DNA from: an uncultured Muribaculaceae bacterium
Lineage (GTDB): Bacteria; Bacillota_I; Bacilli_A; RF39; UBA660
Direction of reading: 5' to 3'
Length of the DNA stretch: 64,000 nucleotides
NCBI GenBank assembly: GCA_964425325.1
Contig: CAYRLX010000001.1
Span: 10,791-74,790, forward strand
Positions 1-8,564 of this stretch are shown here, in pieces (within the stretch, counting starts at the first letter, position 1; the number at the start of each line of letters is the position of its first letter). Position numbers and translations under genes: made by a program. The notes beneath the pieces are model-generated. The model made no database searches. It was not told the origin of the DNA and saw only the letters and a program-made list of their open reading frames with translations.

Positions 1-2
1 AT

Positions 3-1754
3 GAAAATGGATATGACAGTTCTTCAACAACCCAAGTATTTAACATGAATTTTGATTTTTTCTATTTTGGTGCAATTGCTAGAATAGGAGATGAATTTTA
101 TGATACACTTCAAAATGCTGTTAATGCAGTTCCAGCAAATAACACACAAACAACAGTAAAACTGTTAGCAAGTACAAGTGAAATAATAACAGTAGCTAAA
201 GATAAAAATATAATATTTGATTTTGGTAATAACGTATTAAGTAATGTAGGAAATAACCCGGTTATATCAAATTATGGAACCGTAGTAATATCAAATGGAA
301 TGATAACAAGTTCGGCCCCAAAAAATGGAGCAGTAAATAACGAATCAACAGGAAATATTACCATAACTGGAGGAAGTATAGTAGTAACAGGAGGTAGACA
401 AGCACTTTATAATAATAAAGGAGTAGCTGAAATATCAGGTACAGCTTATTTAAGCTCAGTCGCAACAGAAAGAGCAGCAGTGCAAAATGTTGCTGGTGGA
501 ACTATGACAATAAAAGGCGGAACAATTATTTCAACTGGATCAAGTGCAGTAGTCAGTGCCAGCACTTTAACAATAGGAGAAAAAGATAATAATATAAATA
601 AAACATCACCAATACTTCAAGGTATAACATATGGAATAAGTAGTTCAGCCAATTATAGTTTCTATAATGGAACTATAAAAGGAAAAACGAAAGCATACAA
701 CAATTTAAATCATATTGTTGATACGGAAGAAGGGTATAGTGTAGTTTCTTCAGAAGAAAATATAGATGGACAGTTATATAATATAGCATACCTAGGAATA
801 CATTATGAAGTAACCTTTGATGGAAACGGAGGAACACCAAGTGAAACAAAAAGAAATGTCGAAAAAAATCAAAAAATAGGCACTTTACCAACTGGAACAA
901 GAACAGGATATGAATTAATTGGATGGTTTACAGCAAAAGAAGGCGGAGAAGAAATAACAAAAGATACAATTATAACAAGTGATACTAAATTCTACGCAAG
1001 GTGGGAAAAAACAGATGTAGCATTATTAAATGGAACATACTATCAAAGCATTCAAGACGCTATAGATACAGTACCAACTAATAATACAGAAACAACCATA
1101 ACCATAATAAGAAATACCAAAGAAAATGTAACTGTATATAAAAACATGAATATTAAATTCGATTTACAAAACTACACAGTAAGCAATTCTACAAATAAAG
1201 CTGTAATAGAAAACAACGGAACAGTTAAAATAATAAATGGAACATTAACGTCTAAAACAGATACAGCAGTTATAAACAATAACGCATCAGCAAGTCTTTT
1301 AATCAGCGGAGGAAATGTGCTAGCAACAGGAACAAGACAAGCGGTTTATAATCTTGACGGAGGATATGTAGAGATAACCGGAAGTGCATATTTAAGTTCA
1401 AAGACAAGTGGAAAACCAACCTATTCAAACCTAAATAGGGCAACAATTCAGAATCTTGCCGGCGGAACAGTAGTTATTTCAGGAGGCACAATAGTTGGAG
1501 AAATTCAAAACGCTATTGCGAACGAAGGAACAATGTCTTTGGGAATAAAAGACGGAAATATAATTACATCAACGCCAATAATAAGAGGGGAAACATATGG
1601 TATTGAAAATGCAGGTACATTAAACTTTTATGACGGAAAAATAATGGGAATAACAGGAACAATACAAGGAAATACCGATGACTTAGATGGAAACATTACT
1701 TCATCTACGGAAGTATTAAATGATAAAACCTATTATATAGCATATTTAAATTAA
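3..1754 (+). CDS. C-terminal part of a large repetitive surface/adhesin-like protein (5' end outside the window)
   Basis: The reading frame stays open from the first ATG (45) back to the window edge. Two homologous modules of about 250 aa (about nt 72-800 and 1018-1751) share motifs such as Y..LQ.A...VP.NNT.TT and GTRQA(L/V)YN..G..EI(S/T)G(T/S)AYLSS. They are separated by a Listeria-Bacteroides type repeat (YEVTFDGNGGTP...GYELIGWFT...FYARWEK, about nt 802-1010). No LPXTG or other anchor is visible at the C-terminus. Confidence 0.6.
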   Translation, partial: ENGYDSSSTTQVFNMNFDFFYFGAIARIGDEFYDTLQNAVNAVPANNTQTTVKLLASTSEIITVAKDKNIIFDFGNNVLSNVGNNPVISNYGTVVISNGMITSSAPKNGAVNNESTGNITITGGSIVVTGGRQALYNNKGVAEISGTAYLSSVATERAAVQNVAGGTMTIKGGTIISTGSSAVVSASTLTIGEKDNNINKTSPILQGITYGISSSANYSFYNGTIKGKTKAYNNLNHIVDTEEGYSVVSSEENIDGQLYNIAYLGIHYEVTFDGNGGTPSETKRNVEKNQKIGTLPTGTRTGYELIGWFTAKEGGEEITKDTIITSDTKFYARWEKTDVALLNGTYYQSIQDAIDTVPTNNTETTITIIRNTKENVTVYKNMNIKFDLQNYTVSNSTNKAVIENNGTVKIINGTLTSKTDTAVINNNASASLLISGGNVLATGTRQAVYNLDGGYVEITGSAYLSSKTSGKPTYSNLNRATIQNLAGGTVVISGGTIVGEIQNAIANEGTMSLGIKDGNIITSTPIIRGETYGIENAGTLNFYDGKIMGITGTIQGNTDDLDGNITSSTEVLNDKTYYIAYLN

Positions 1755-1757
1755 AAA

Positions 1758-1784
1758 AGAAAACAATACTAGTTTTCTTTTTTT
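1758..1784 (+). terminator. Rho-independent terminator after the surface-protein gene
   Basis: AGAAAAC (1758-1764) pairs with GTTTTCT (1772-1778) around a 7-nt loop, followed by a T-run. Confidence 0.6.
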
Positions 1785-1852
1785 AGATAAAAAAAGAGAA
1801 TCTTTAAAAATTCCCAATACAAAGTCCGAAAGAATTCGAACATATTTCCAAA

Positions 1853-1937
1853 TGGTGCGGGTGAAGGGACTTGAACCCCCATGCCGTAAGGCGCTAGATC
1901 CTAAGTCTAGTGCGTCTACCAATTTCGCCACACCCGC
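1853..1937 (-). tRNA. tRNA-Leu (anticodon TAG), long variable arm, CCA encoded
   Basis: The reverse complement reads GCGGGTG...CTAGA-CTTAGGA-TCTAG...GGGGGTTCAAGTCCC...CACCCGCACCA. The acceptor stem has 7 bp, the anticodon loop is CTTAGGA, a TPsiC loop TTCAAGT is present, and there is a class II variable arm. Confidence 0.9.
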
Positions 1938-1939
1938 AG

Positions 1940-2016
1940 TGGTGGACCCTGATGGACTCGAACCATCGACCGCCCGGTTATGAGCCGGATGCTCTAACCA
2001 ACTGAGCTAAGGGTCC
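1940..2016 (-). tRNA. tRNA with CAT anticodon; the body resembles tRNA-Ile2 (lysidine type) more than elongator or initiator Met
   Basis: The reverse complement reads GGACCCTTAGCTCAGTTGGTTAGAGCATCCGGCTCATAACCGGGCGGTCGATGGTTCGAGTCCATCAGGGTCCACCA. This is a full cloverleaf with anticodon loop CTCATAA. The GGnCCCTTAGCTCAGT...GGTTAGAGC start resembles ileX-type tRNAs recalled from memory. It lies only 2 nt from tRNA-Leu. Confidence 0.85.
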
Positions 2017-2080
2017 AATTCAGTTGACTTCTATATAATACCATATTCATAAACTTAATGCAATAAATTTTTAAAAAAAA

Positions 2081-2506
2081 TTAATTCTTATTTATCATAT
2101 TAAGCAAATTAATCTTAAATTTATCTGCCTCTTCATGTTCTTTAGATACCATGACACCTTTATAAGCAACAAGTTCAGATTTATGTCCTTCTTTAAGAAT
2201 CTCTTCAGGTGATAAAGTAAGCAAAGTAATAGTATTAGTTCCACCATTAACACGGTAATGTAATTTTACTTCACCATGAACCTTGACAAACATCGCATCA
2301 GTAGGTAGCTTTACTTCATAATTTTTATTTCCGTTTTCTTCACTAACTAATTTACCAATAAATTCACCAGCTTTTAATTTAGGATAATATTCAAAAGAAA
2401 GTTTTTTAAATGCAAGCATATTGTATTTTTTTAAAGCACTTTCTAATTTTCTAAATTCATTTTCATTCTCATAACTAAACATGTATTTTTCTTCCATAGA
2501 TGTCAC
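2081..2506 (-). CDS. hypothetical protein (141 aa)
   Basis: Only long ORF in this interval. It is divergent from the 2658 operon. I recognised no domain with confidence. Confidence 0.55.
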   Translation of the reverse strand: MTSMEEKYMFSYENENEFRKLESALKKYNMLAFKKLSFEYYPKLKAGEFIGKLVSEENGNKNYEVKLPTDAMFVKVHGEVKLHYRVNGGTNTITLLTLSPEEILKEGHKSELVAYKGVMVSKEHEEADKFKINLLNMINKN

Positions 2507-2607
2507 CCTTCCTATTATATAATCCTACTACTATACTATCACACACAAAATAGAAAATCAAATAATTGTAACTATTTTTACTAAATTTGACACTCCTTTC
2601 ACATATG

Positions 2608-2636
2608 TTGATAAAAATAAAAATTAATAATATAAT
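2608..2636 (+). promoter_or_regulatory. sigma-A type promoter for the 2658-6745 operon
   Basis: TTGATA (2608-2613), 17-nt spacer, TATAAT (2631-2636), about 20 nt upstream of the start at 2658. Confidence 0.5.
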
Positions 2637-2657
2637 ATATTCATAAAAAAGAGAGAG

Positions 2658-4172
2658 ATGAATAAAATGAATCAAGAATCAGTAAATGATTTGACGAGAC
2701 TTTATAATCATGCAAAAACAGTGTTTAAAATTGAAAAATCGTATGAAGAAATAATAAAAACACCAGAAGATAGAATATTTTTCTTAAGAAGCATTATAAA
2801 ATCTATAAAAGATGTAAAAGAAGGAAAAGAAAAAGATAAATTAATAAAGTGGTTAGATAAAAATATAGAGAATATAAATGAAGATAAAAATAATGGGATA
2901 GACATTCCAAATAAATATATAGAGTACTATGATTATATAGAAAAAGCGCCTTCAATAGAAGAAATAGAAATGTATTTTAAAATACTTAAAATAAATATAG
3001 AAAGTTTTCAGAAAAAATCAAATTACAACTTCGAAATACCACTATCAGAATTGTATACTAAAGTAACAGAAAAACTATCGATAGAGCCACATAACATAGT
3101 TCATATGTTGGGGCTTACAAAGACAAAAAAAGATTCCATTCAAGAAAGCATATTAGAAGAAATAAAAAAAGAATATAACATTGATAAAACTCTTACACCA
3201 GAAGAAGGAATAAAATTAATAAGTGAAAATTTTGAAGAATACAAAAATAAATATATAAATTTTGCAGAAAAAATAAAAAGGTGGGAAGAAACTTATAAAA
3301 AACAAAAAGGTGTAAAAATAGATGAAAATGGATATATTAAAAGAGATAACAAATATAAAAAAGCTTATGAAAAAGAGTTTGGAAAAAAGTATATATATTT
3401 TAATCAAAATTTAGCAAAACTAATTAGTTATTATAACTTTTTGAATTTTTATAATTTAAATGAAATAGTTGTTGATTACGAAGACAAAGAAACACATAAA
3501 AAAAGAAACAATTCAAGAGAAATAAAAAAATTAAAACCAGATGTTTATCTAGCATCCTACAATATAGAAAAGTATGATGAGACATATATGGAATCACTTG
3601 CCGGAAAAGAAGATACACCAATAGTAAGTTTAGTAGGATTTAAGACAAACGGATATGAAATTGCACAGACAAATCCAAAGATTGATAAAAAAATAGAACT
3701 AAGCGGAAATGCATGTACACAGATGCAGACATCAGTAATGACACTAAATGATGAATACTATAGATACTCACATTACTTTTTCATAGATTTAATAACGGAA
3801 GATGGAAAACCAATATATATATCAGATCCAAAACAAAAAATCATTTATGATATTAGTCACGGAAGAGAAAAAGAAGCAGAAAATTTAAAAGAAAGTTTAA
3901 TTAACTTAAATACCGAATGGAAAGAATGTTTGAAAGATATAATAAAAAAAGAACCAAATTATAAAATAGCGGTTGTACTAAAATTAAGAGAAGATGGTAG
4001 TCAAGTAAGCGTACCAGCACCGATGACAAATGATAAATTAGATATATTACGTAAATACCTAGAAAAATTAAAAGGATATGAAATAAAATTAAACCATAAA
4101 AGATTTAAATATATAAGAATAAATGAAAAATTGAAAGACTATAAAAAAGAAAAAAAACATAAACATAGATAG
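2658..4172 (+). CDS. hypothetical Lys/Glu-rich protein (504 aa), no signal peptide
   Basis: Long ORF that ends 11 nt before the ABC transporter gene, so probably the same operon. No recognisable catalytic motif. Confidence 0.6.
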   Translation: MNKMNQESVNDLTRLYNHAKTVFKIEKSYEEIIKTPEDRIFFLRSIIKSIKDVKEGKEKDKLIKWLDKNIENINEDKNNGIDIPNKYIEYYDYIEKAPSIEEIEMYFKILKINIESFQKKSNYNFEIPLSELYTKVTEKLSIEPHNIVHMLGLTKTKKDSIQESILEEIKKEYNIDKTLTPEEGIKLISENFEEYKNKYINFAEKIKRWEETYKKQKGVKIDENGYIKRDNKYKKAYEKEFGKKYIYFNQNLAKLISYYNFLNFYNLNEIVVDYEDKETHKKRNNSREIKKLKPDVYLASYNIEKYDETYMESLAGKEDTPIVSLVGFKTNGYEIAQTNPKIDKKIELSGNACTQMQTSVMTLNDEYYRYSHYFFIDLITEDGKPIYISDPKQKIIYDISHGREKEAENLKESLINLNTEWKECLKDIIKKEPNYKIAVVLKLREDGSQVSVPAPMTNDKLDILRKYLEKLKGYEIKLNHKRFKYIRINEKLKDYKKEKKHKHR

Positions 4173-4183
4173 AAAGGAAAAAT

Positions 4184-6745
4184 ATGCTAGAACTAAAAAA
4201 TATTAAAAAAACATATAAAACAGTATCAGGTGATGTACATGCCTTAAAAGGAATAAATCTAAAATTTAGAAAATCAGAATTTGTCTCTATATTAGGAGAA
4301 TCAGGATGCGGAAAAACAACACTACTAAACATAATAGGAGGATTAGACAGATATTCATCAGGCGATTTGATAATAAATGGAAAATCAACTAAAAAATTTA
4401 AAGATAGAGATTGGGATTCATATAGAAACTATTCAGTAGGATTTATCTTCCAAAGTTATAATCTAATAGGACATCAAAACATATTGTCAAACGTTGAGCT
4501 TGCTTTAACAATATCAGGAGTGTCTAAAAAAGAAAGAAGAGAAAGAGCTATTAACGCTTTAAAACAAGTAGGACTAAAAGACAAACTATATTATAAACCA
4601 AATGAACTATCAGGTGGACAGATGCAAAGAGTAGCAATTGCAAGAGCTCTTGTAAATGATCCCGATATTATTCTTGCAGATGAACCAACAGGAGCATTAG
4701 ATTCAAAAACATCAGTTGATATAATGAATTTGCTAAAAAAAGTATCCAAAGATAAACTAGTAATAATGGTAACACATAATGATAAACTAGCACAAAATTA
4801 TTCAGATAGGATAATAAAAATATTAGATGGAAAAATCATAAATGACTCAAACCCACTAAAAAAAGAAGAAACATATAAAGAGTTTAAATATGGAAAGACA
4901 GTTATGCACTTTAAAACAGCTTTATCCCTTTCATTTAATAATCTACTTACTAAAAAGGGAAGAACAATTTTAACAGCTTTTGCAGGATCTATCGGTATTA
5001 TCGGAATAGCCCTAATACTTTCAATATCATCAGGAGTTCAAGGATATATTGACAAGATAGAAGAAGACACTGTTTCAAACTACCCAGTAGTAATTGAAAA
5101 ATCATCTTTAGACTTAGGTAGTTTAATGAAAACCATGATGGATGAAAATAATGAAAAAACAAAAGAAAAAGGCAAAATATATTCCAAAAAAGTAATGGAT
5201 CAAATGATAAATGTAATGAGTGCAAAGTCAAAGACAAACAACCTAGAGAAATTTAAAAAATACCTAGATAATAATAAAAAAATTAAAGACAATTCAAATG
5301 CTATTATGTATGGATATAACCTAGATATTAATTTATATAAAGATGGAGAAGAAGTATATAAAGTAAACCCAAGTGATGTTATGGAAACAATTGGAATGGG
5401 AGACATGTTAAAAGCAAGATCTACCGCTGAAAACATGTTTGGATCATCTATGAGTATGGGAAGCGATACCAACATATTTACTAAAATGATTGATAACAAA
5501 GAATTAATAAATACGCAGTATGATATCTTAGAAGGAAAACTTCCAGAAAAATATAATGAAGTAGTACTAATCACTACAAAAGAAAACGAACTATCAGACT
5601 ATGTATTATATAACCTAGGTGTATTAGACAAAAATGAACTAAAAGAAAATATGAAAAAAGCCGAAAATGGAGAAAAACAAGAAACAAAAACAAAGAGCTA
5701 TTCATATAAAGACTTTATAGGTCTAGAATATAAAATACTACTTAATACAGATTATTATAAAAAAGAAAAAAATATCTATGTAAATGCTATAGATAATGAA
5801 GAATATATAAAGAGTAAACTAAAAGATGCAGAAAAAATAAAAATAGTAGGAATTATTAAGCCAAAAGAAAACGTTACAACAACTGATGATACAGGAAGCG
5901 TTGGATATATAAAAGAATTAGAGGAATATGTTATAAACAAAACAAACGAATCAGAAATAGTTAAATACCAAAAAGAAAATCCTAATTTAAATATATTTAC
6001 TGGTACAGACTTTCCAAAAGAAGGAGAAGAATTTGATATTAATAATCTATCAAATGAACAAAAATATGCCTTATCACAAATGAGTCCTTCAGAAATAACA
6101 TCAATGATGGAAGCTTATAAAGAAAGTAAAGACGCGTCGTTAGAATCAAACTTAGAAAAATTAGGTTCAGTAGATTTAGAAAAACCATCTACAATATCAA
6201 TATATCCAAAAGATTTTACATCGAAAGAAAATATAAACGATATTATAGATAACTATAGCAAAAAACAAAAAGAAGAAAATAAAATAACATATTCTGATAT
6301 CGTAGGTATTATGATGTCTTCGGTTAGTCAAATAGTAAACACAATAAGCTATGTCCTAATCGCATTTGTCGCAGTATCACTTATAGTATCTTCAATTATG
6401 ATAGGAATTATAACTTATATAAGCGTACTAGAAAGAACTAAAGAAATAGGAATACTTAGAAGTATCGGAGTATCTAAAAAAGACATAATAAGAATATTTA
6501 GTGCAGAAACACTAATTATAGGATTAATTTCAGGTCTTATTGGAGTAGGTATTACTGTACTTTTAACATTTCCAATTAATCATTTAATATATAAAGCAAC
6601 AGGGGTAGTAGTTAAAACATACTTGCCACTTCCAGCAGCCATCATATTAGTAATTATTAGTATAATCTTAACAAGAATAGGCGGAAGAATACCATCAAAA
6701 ATGGCCTCTAAACAAGATCCCGTTATCGCTTTAAGAACAGAATAA
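4184..6745 (+). CDS. fused ABC transporter ATP-binding protein/FtsX-family permease (MacB-like architecture)
   Basis: Walker [10 protein letters not shown], signature [15 protein letters not shown], Walker [13 protein letters not shown] and H-loop VTHN at the N-terminus. A TM helix follows, then a large extracytoplasmic region of about 400 aa, then a C-terminal FtsX-type 3-TM bundle ([18 protein letters not shown]...). Confidence 0.85.
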   Translation: MLELKNIKKTYKTVSGDVHALKGINLKFRKSEFVSILGESGCGKTTLLNIIGGLDRYSSGDLIINGKSTKKFKDRDWDSYRNYSVGFIFQSYNLIGHQNILSNVELALTISGVSKKERRERAINALKQVGLKDKLYYKPNELSGGQMQRVAIARALVNDPDIILADEPTGALDSKTSVDIMNLLKKVSKDKLVIMVTHNDKLAQNYSDRIIKILDGKIINDSNPLKKEETYKEFKYGKTVMHFKTALSLSFNNLLTKKGRTILTAFAGSIGIIGIALILSISSGVQGYIDKIEEDTVSNYPVVIEKSSLDLGSLMKTMMDENNEKTKEKGKIYSKKVMDQMINVMSAKSKTNNLEKFKKYLDNNKKIKDNSNAIMYGYNLDINLYKDGEEVYKVNPSDVMETIGMGDMLKARSTAENMFGSSMSMGSDTNIFTKMIDNKELINTQYDILEGKLPEKYNEVVLITTKENELSDYVLYNLGVLDKNELKENMKKAENGEKQETKTKSYSYKDFIGLEYKILLNTDYYKKEKNIYVNAIDNEEYIKSKLKDAEKIKIVGIIKPKENVTTTDDTGSVGYIKELEEYVINKTNESEIVKYQKENPNLNIFTGTDFPKEGEEFDINNLSNEQKYALSQMSPSEITSMMEAYKESKDASLESNLEKLGSVDLEKPSTISIYPKDFTSKENINDIIDNYSKKQKEENKITYSDIVGIMMSSVSQIVNTISYVLIAFVAVSLIVSSIMIGIITYISVLERTKEIGILRSIGVSKKDIIRIFSAETLIIGLISGLIGVGITVLLTFPINHLIYKATGVVVKTYLPLPAAIILVIISIILTRIGGRIPSKMASKQDPVIALRTE

Positions 6746-6770
6746 ACTATGTAAAATCATAGTTTTTTTT
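6745..6770 (+). terminator. Rho-independent terminator after the ABC gene
   Basis: AACTATG / CATAGTT stem with loop TAAAAT, followed by TTTTTT. Confidence 0.65.
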
Positions 6771-6807
6771 CGAAACATATGATAAAATAAAAACAGGTGG
6801 TGATAAA

Positions 6808-7224
6808 ATGAAAATACTAATAGTTTGTTCTACAAGCTTCTATAATAAAATAGAAAAAATAAAAAAAGAACTAGATGCAAAAGGGCATACTGTAATCATG
6901 CCAAATTGTTATGAAGACCAAGATATTGATTATGAAAAAATGACAGAAAAAGAATACTTAGAATTTTTTAAAAATATGTATCATGAAAGCAGAGAAAAAA
7001 TAAGTACTGTAGATGCTATTTTAGTTTTGAATTACAGCAAAGAAAAAGACGGAAAAATATTAAATAATTACATAGGAGGTTCAACATTTTTAGAAATGTA
7101 CGAAGCATTTATGCAAAATAAGAAAATATATATGCTAAATGGATATCCAAAAAGTATGCTGCAAGATGAAATAAAAGGATTTAATCCAATATTATTAAAT
7201 GAAGATATAAATAGTTTAAAATAG
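6808..7224 (+). CDS. nucleoside 2-deoxyribosyltransferase-like / Rossmann-like small protein (138 aa)
   Basis: MKILIVCS... N-terminal beta-strand start, GHTV, and a late VDAILVLN....YIGGSTFLEMYEAF...KKIYMLN pattern. This matches the layout of NDT/DNPH1-like proteins. The call rests on pattern recognition only. Confidence 0.35.
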   Translation: MKILIVCSTSFYNKIEKIKKELDAKGHTVIMPNCYEDQDIDYEKMTEKEYLEFFKNMYHESREKISTVDAILVLNYSKEKDGKILNNYIGGSTFLEMYEAFMQNKKIYMLNGYPKSMLQDEIKGFNPILLNEDINSLK

Positions 7225-7419
7225 AATTCTTTTATTTAAAAAAATAATAAGCAAACAACATACATAAGAAACTAATATTAATGAAAAACTTTAAAGCTAT
7301 TAAACTGAAGATTTTATTTTATAAGTCTTTTTTTGTATAAATATGTAAACAATTAAGTAGTACATAAACTATAATGAAATAAATTATGTTATACTTATGC
7401 TAATAGGATATGTGATTAT

Positions 7420-7710
7420 ATGAATAGTTATAAATCGGGAGAAAGTTTTATAGATCATATATATCAAGAGTTAATAAACTCTGATGAAGTAAAAAAAGCA
7501 ATCAACAGAAGAGGAATAAATCCTAAAAACAGAGAAGAAACTGTAAAATATTATATTGAAAGAATAGAACATGCACATAATACTAGAAGAAAAATAGATA
7601 TATTAAAAAGATTCTTATTAAAAAAAGCACAATTAGAATCAAATGAATATGAATATCAAAACATAAAAGAAAAAATTAACGACATGTTTAACGATGAAAG
7701 ATATATTTAA
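7420..7710 (+). pseudogene. chimeric 96-aa ORF whose last 105 nt duplicate the 3' end of the serine-hydrolase gene 12869-14344
   Basis: nt 7606-7710 match nt 14240-14344 with 2 mismatches, encoding KRFLLKKAQLESNEYEYQNIKEKINDMFNDERYI. The N-terminal 60 aa are unrelated to the hydrolase. Confidence 0.45.
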
Positions 7711-7750
7711 AAAAAATAAATGTTATAATTAATATAGAAGGGATGATAAA

Positions 7751-8320
7751 ATGAAAAATAACGAAATGACAAGAGGAGAATTTTTAAAAGGAGTTGGAAC
7801 TGTAATCGCAGGAGTAACAGCAGGAGTGGCTGTAGATAAATTATTACATGGCGAAGTATACGTACCATATGTAAGTGATGCACTTACAGAAGACGATGAG
7901 TATGATGCAGAAGGACAAGTAATATCACTAGAAGATTTATCAAAATTTTACCTACTAGATTATAAAATACCATATGAAATATCAGGCATGGGTGAATTAT
8001 CAGGACAAACTATGAAACCCAATTTAGTAACTTTTATTGAAAAAGAAAAAGATTTATATCAAAAGATATATTTAGTTGTAAATCAAGATGAGAGTGTTTT
8101 CCACTTTAGAAGAGAAAACGGACAAAGGTATACAGAAGAAGGAGTCCAAAAATTTTATAATAATCAAAAAGAAGTATCAAGATTTATTAATATGGGAGAC
8201 TATATTAAGCAAATAGGTGCAGAAAAAGATCATTATTATGCAGAAGAAATTTATGAAATTGCAAGTAGTTATCAAAGTTGGAACTTTGACCATTCTTATG
8301 AAGAAGGAAAATCAATTTAA
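7751..8320 (+). CDS. hypothetical exported protein with a degenerate Tat-like signal (189 aa)
   Basis: N-terminus MKNNEMTRGEFLKGVGTVIAGVTAGVAV resembles the TRRGFLK signal of the 31255 gene product but has a single Arg. Confidence 0.55.
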   Translation: MKNNEMTRGEFLKGVGTVIAGVTAGVAVDKLLHGEVYVPYVSDALTEDDEYDAEGQVISLEDLSKFYLLDYKIPYEISGMGELSGQTMKPNLVTFIEKEKDLYQKIYLVVNQDESVFHFRRENGQRYTEEGVQKFYNNQKEVSRFINMGDYIKQIGAEKDHYYAEEIYEIASSYQSWNFDHSYEEGKSI

Positions 8321-8358
8321 TAAAAATAAATAATCAAAAAATATATAATATATCCAAT

Positions 8359-8387
8359 TTGACAAAAATAAGGTTTTATGATAGTAT
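8359..8387 (+). promoter_or_regulatory. sigma-A promoter with extended -10
   Basis: TTGACA (8359-8364), 17-nt spacer, TGaTAGTAT (8379-8387). Confidence 0.65.
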
Positions 8388-8390
8388 ATT

Positions 8391-8523
8391 AACTCGTCAA
8401 AGGGAGTAGCTTATATAAACTAAAAAGTTTATAGGTATAGTTCGTCAAATCAATACGAAAGTATTCGGACTATAACATAGAAATATGAAGCAAGACTTAT
8501 ACATTGTATGGTCTTGCTTTTTT
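8391..8523 (+). promoter_or_regulatory. yybP-ykoY (Mn2+)-like riboswitch with expression-platform terminator, copy 1
   Basis: - L1-like CAAAGGGAGUAGC at 8398-8410.
- P2 hairpin 8414-8420/8427-8433.
- 9-bp helix UAUAGUUCG/CGGACUAUA (8436-8444/8466-8474) enclosing UCAAAUCA plus an AUAC-GAAA-GUAU hairpin.
- CAUA-GAAA-UAUG hairpin at 8476-8487.
- Conserved AAGCAAGAC at 8488-8496, which is also the 5' arm of a 12-bp terminator (8490-8517) followed by UUUUUU.
The architecture parallels, element by element, the L. lactis Mn2+ riboswitch sequence as I recall it. Confidence 0.6.
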
Positions 8524-8564
8524 GCATATAGATCATACAAGTTGACTAGATGGAGGTGAAAAAA

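Noticed and set aside
673-900. Many antisense or out-of-frame ORFs of 60-190 aa in the ORF track. Examples: 673-900(-), 3216-3407(-), 5200-5574(-), 28217-28627(-), 29620-30009(-), 37466-37903(-), 39111-39524(-), 40515-40967(-), 42240-42671(-), 47585-48166(-), 48884-49336(-), 46619-46942(-), 36681-36926(+), 36701-36964(-).
   Set aside because: They lie entirely inside well-supported genes on the other strand or frame. They have Phe/Leu/Ile/Ser-rich low-complexity translations, as expected opposite Lys/Glu/Asn-rich AT-rich coding sequence, and they lack an RBS. I treat them as shadows of the real genes.
1746-1931. 61-aa ORF on the minus strand overlapping the tRNA region.
   Set aside because: It is composed largely of the tRNA-Leu sequence and the terminator region. 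The tRNA cloverleaf is the real feature.
2081-2506. Possible RelE/YoeB-like toxin fold in the 141-aa minus-strand protein (…YEVKLPTDAMFVKVHGEVKLHYRVNGGTNTITLLTLSP…).
   Set aside because: The resemblance is a loose beta-strand pattern only. There is no adjacent antitoxin-sized gene and no conserved catalytic residues that I can point to. Left as hypothetical.
8550-8564. ORF-track N-terminal extensions MEVKK (8550 and 15403) for the two riboswitch-controlled genes.
   Set aside because: The extension consists of ATGGAGGTGAAAAAA, in which GGAGGTG is an ideal Shine-Dalgarno 7 nt upstream of the second ATG. The shorter start gives proper signal peptides.
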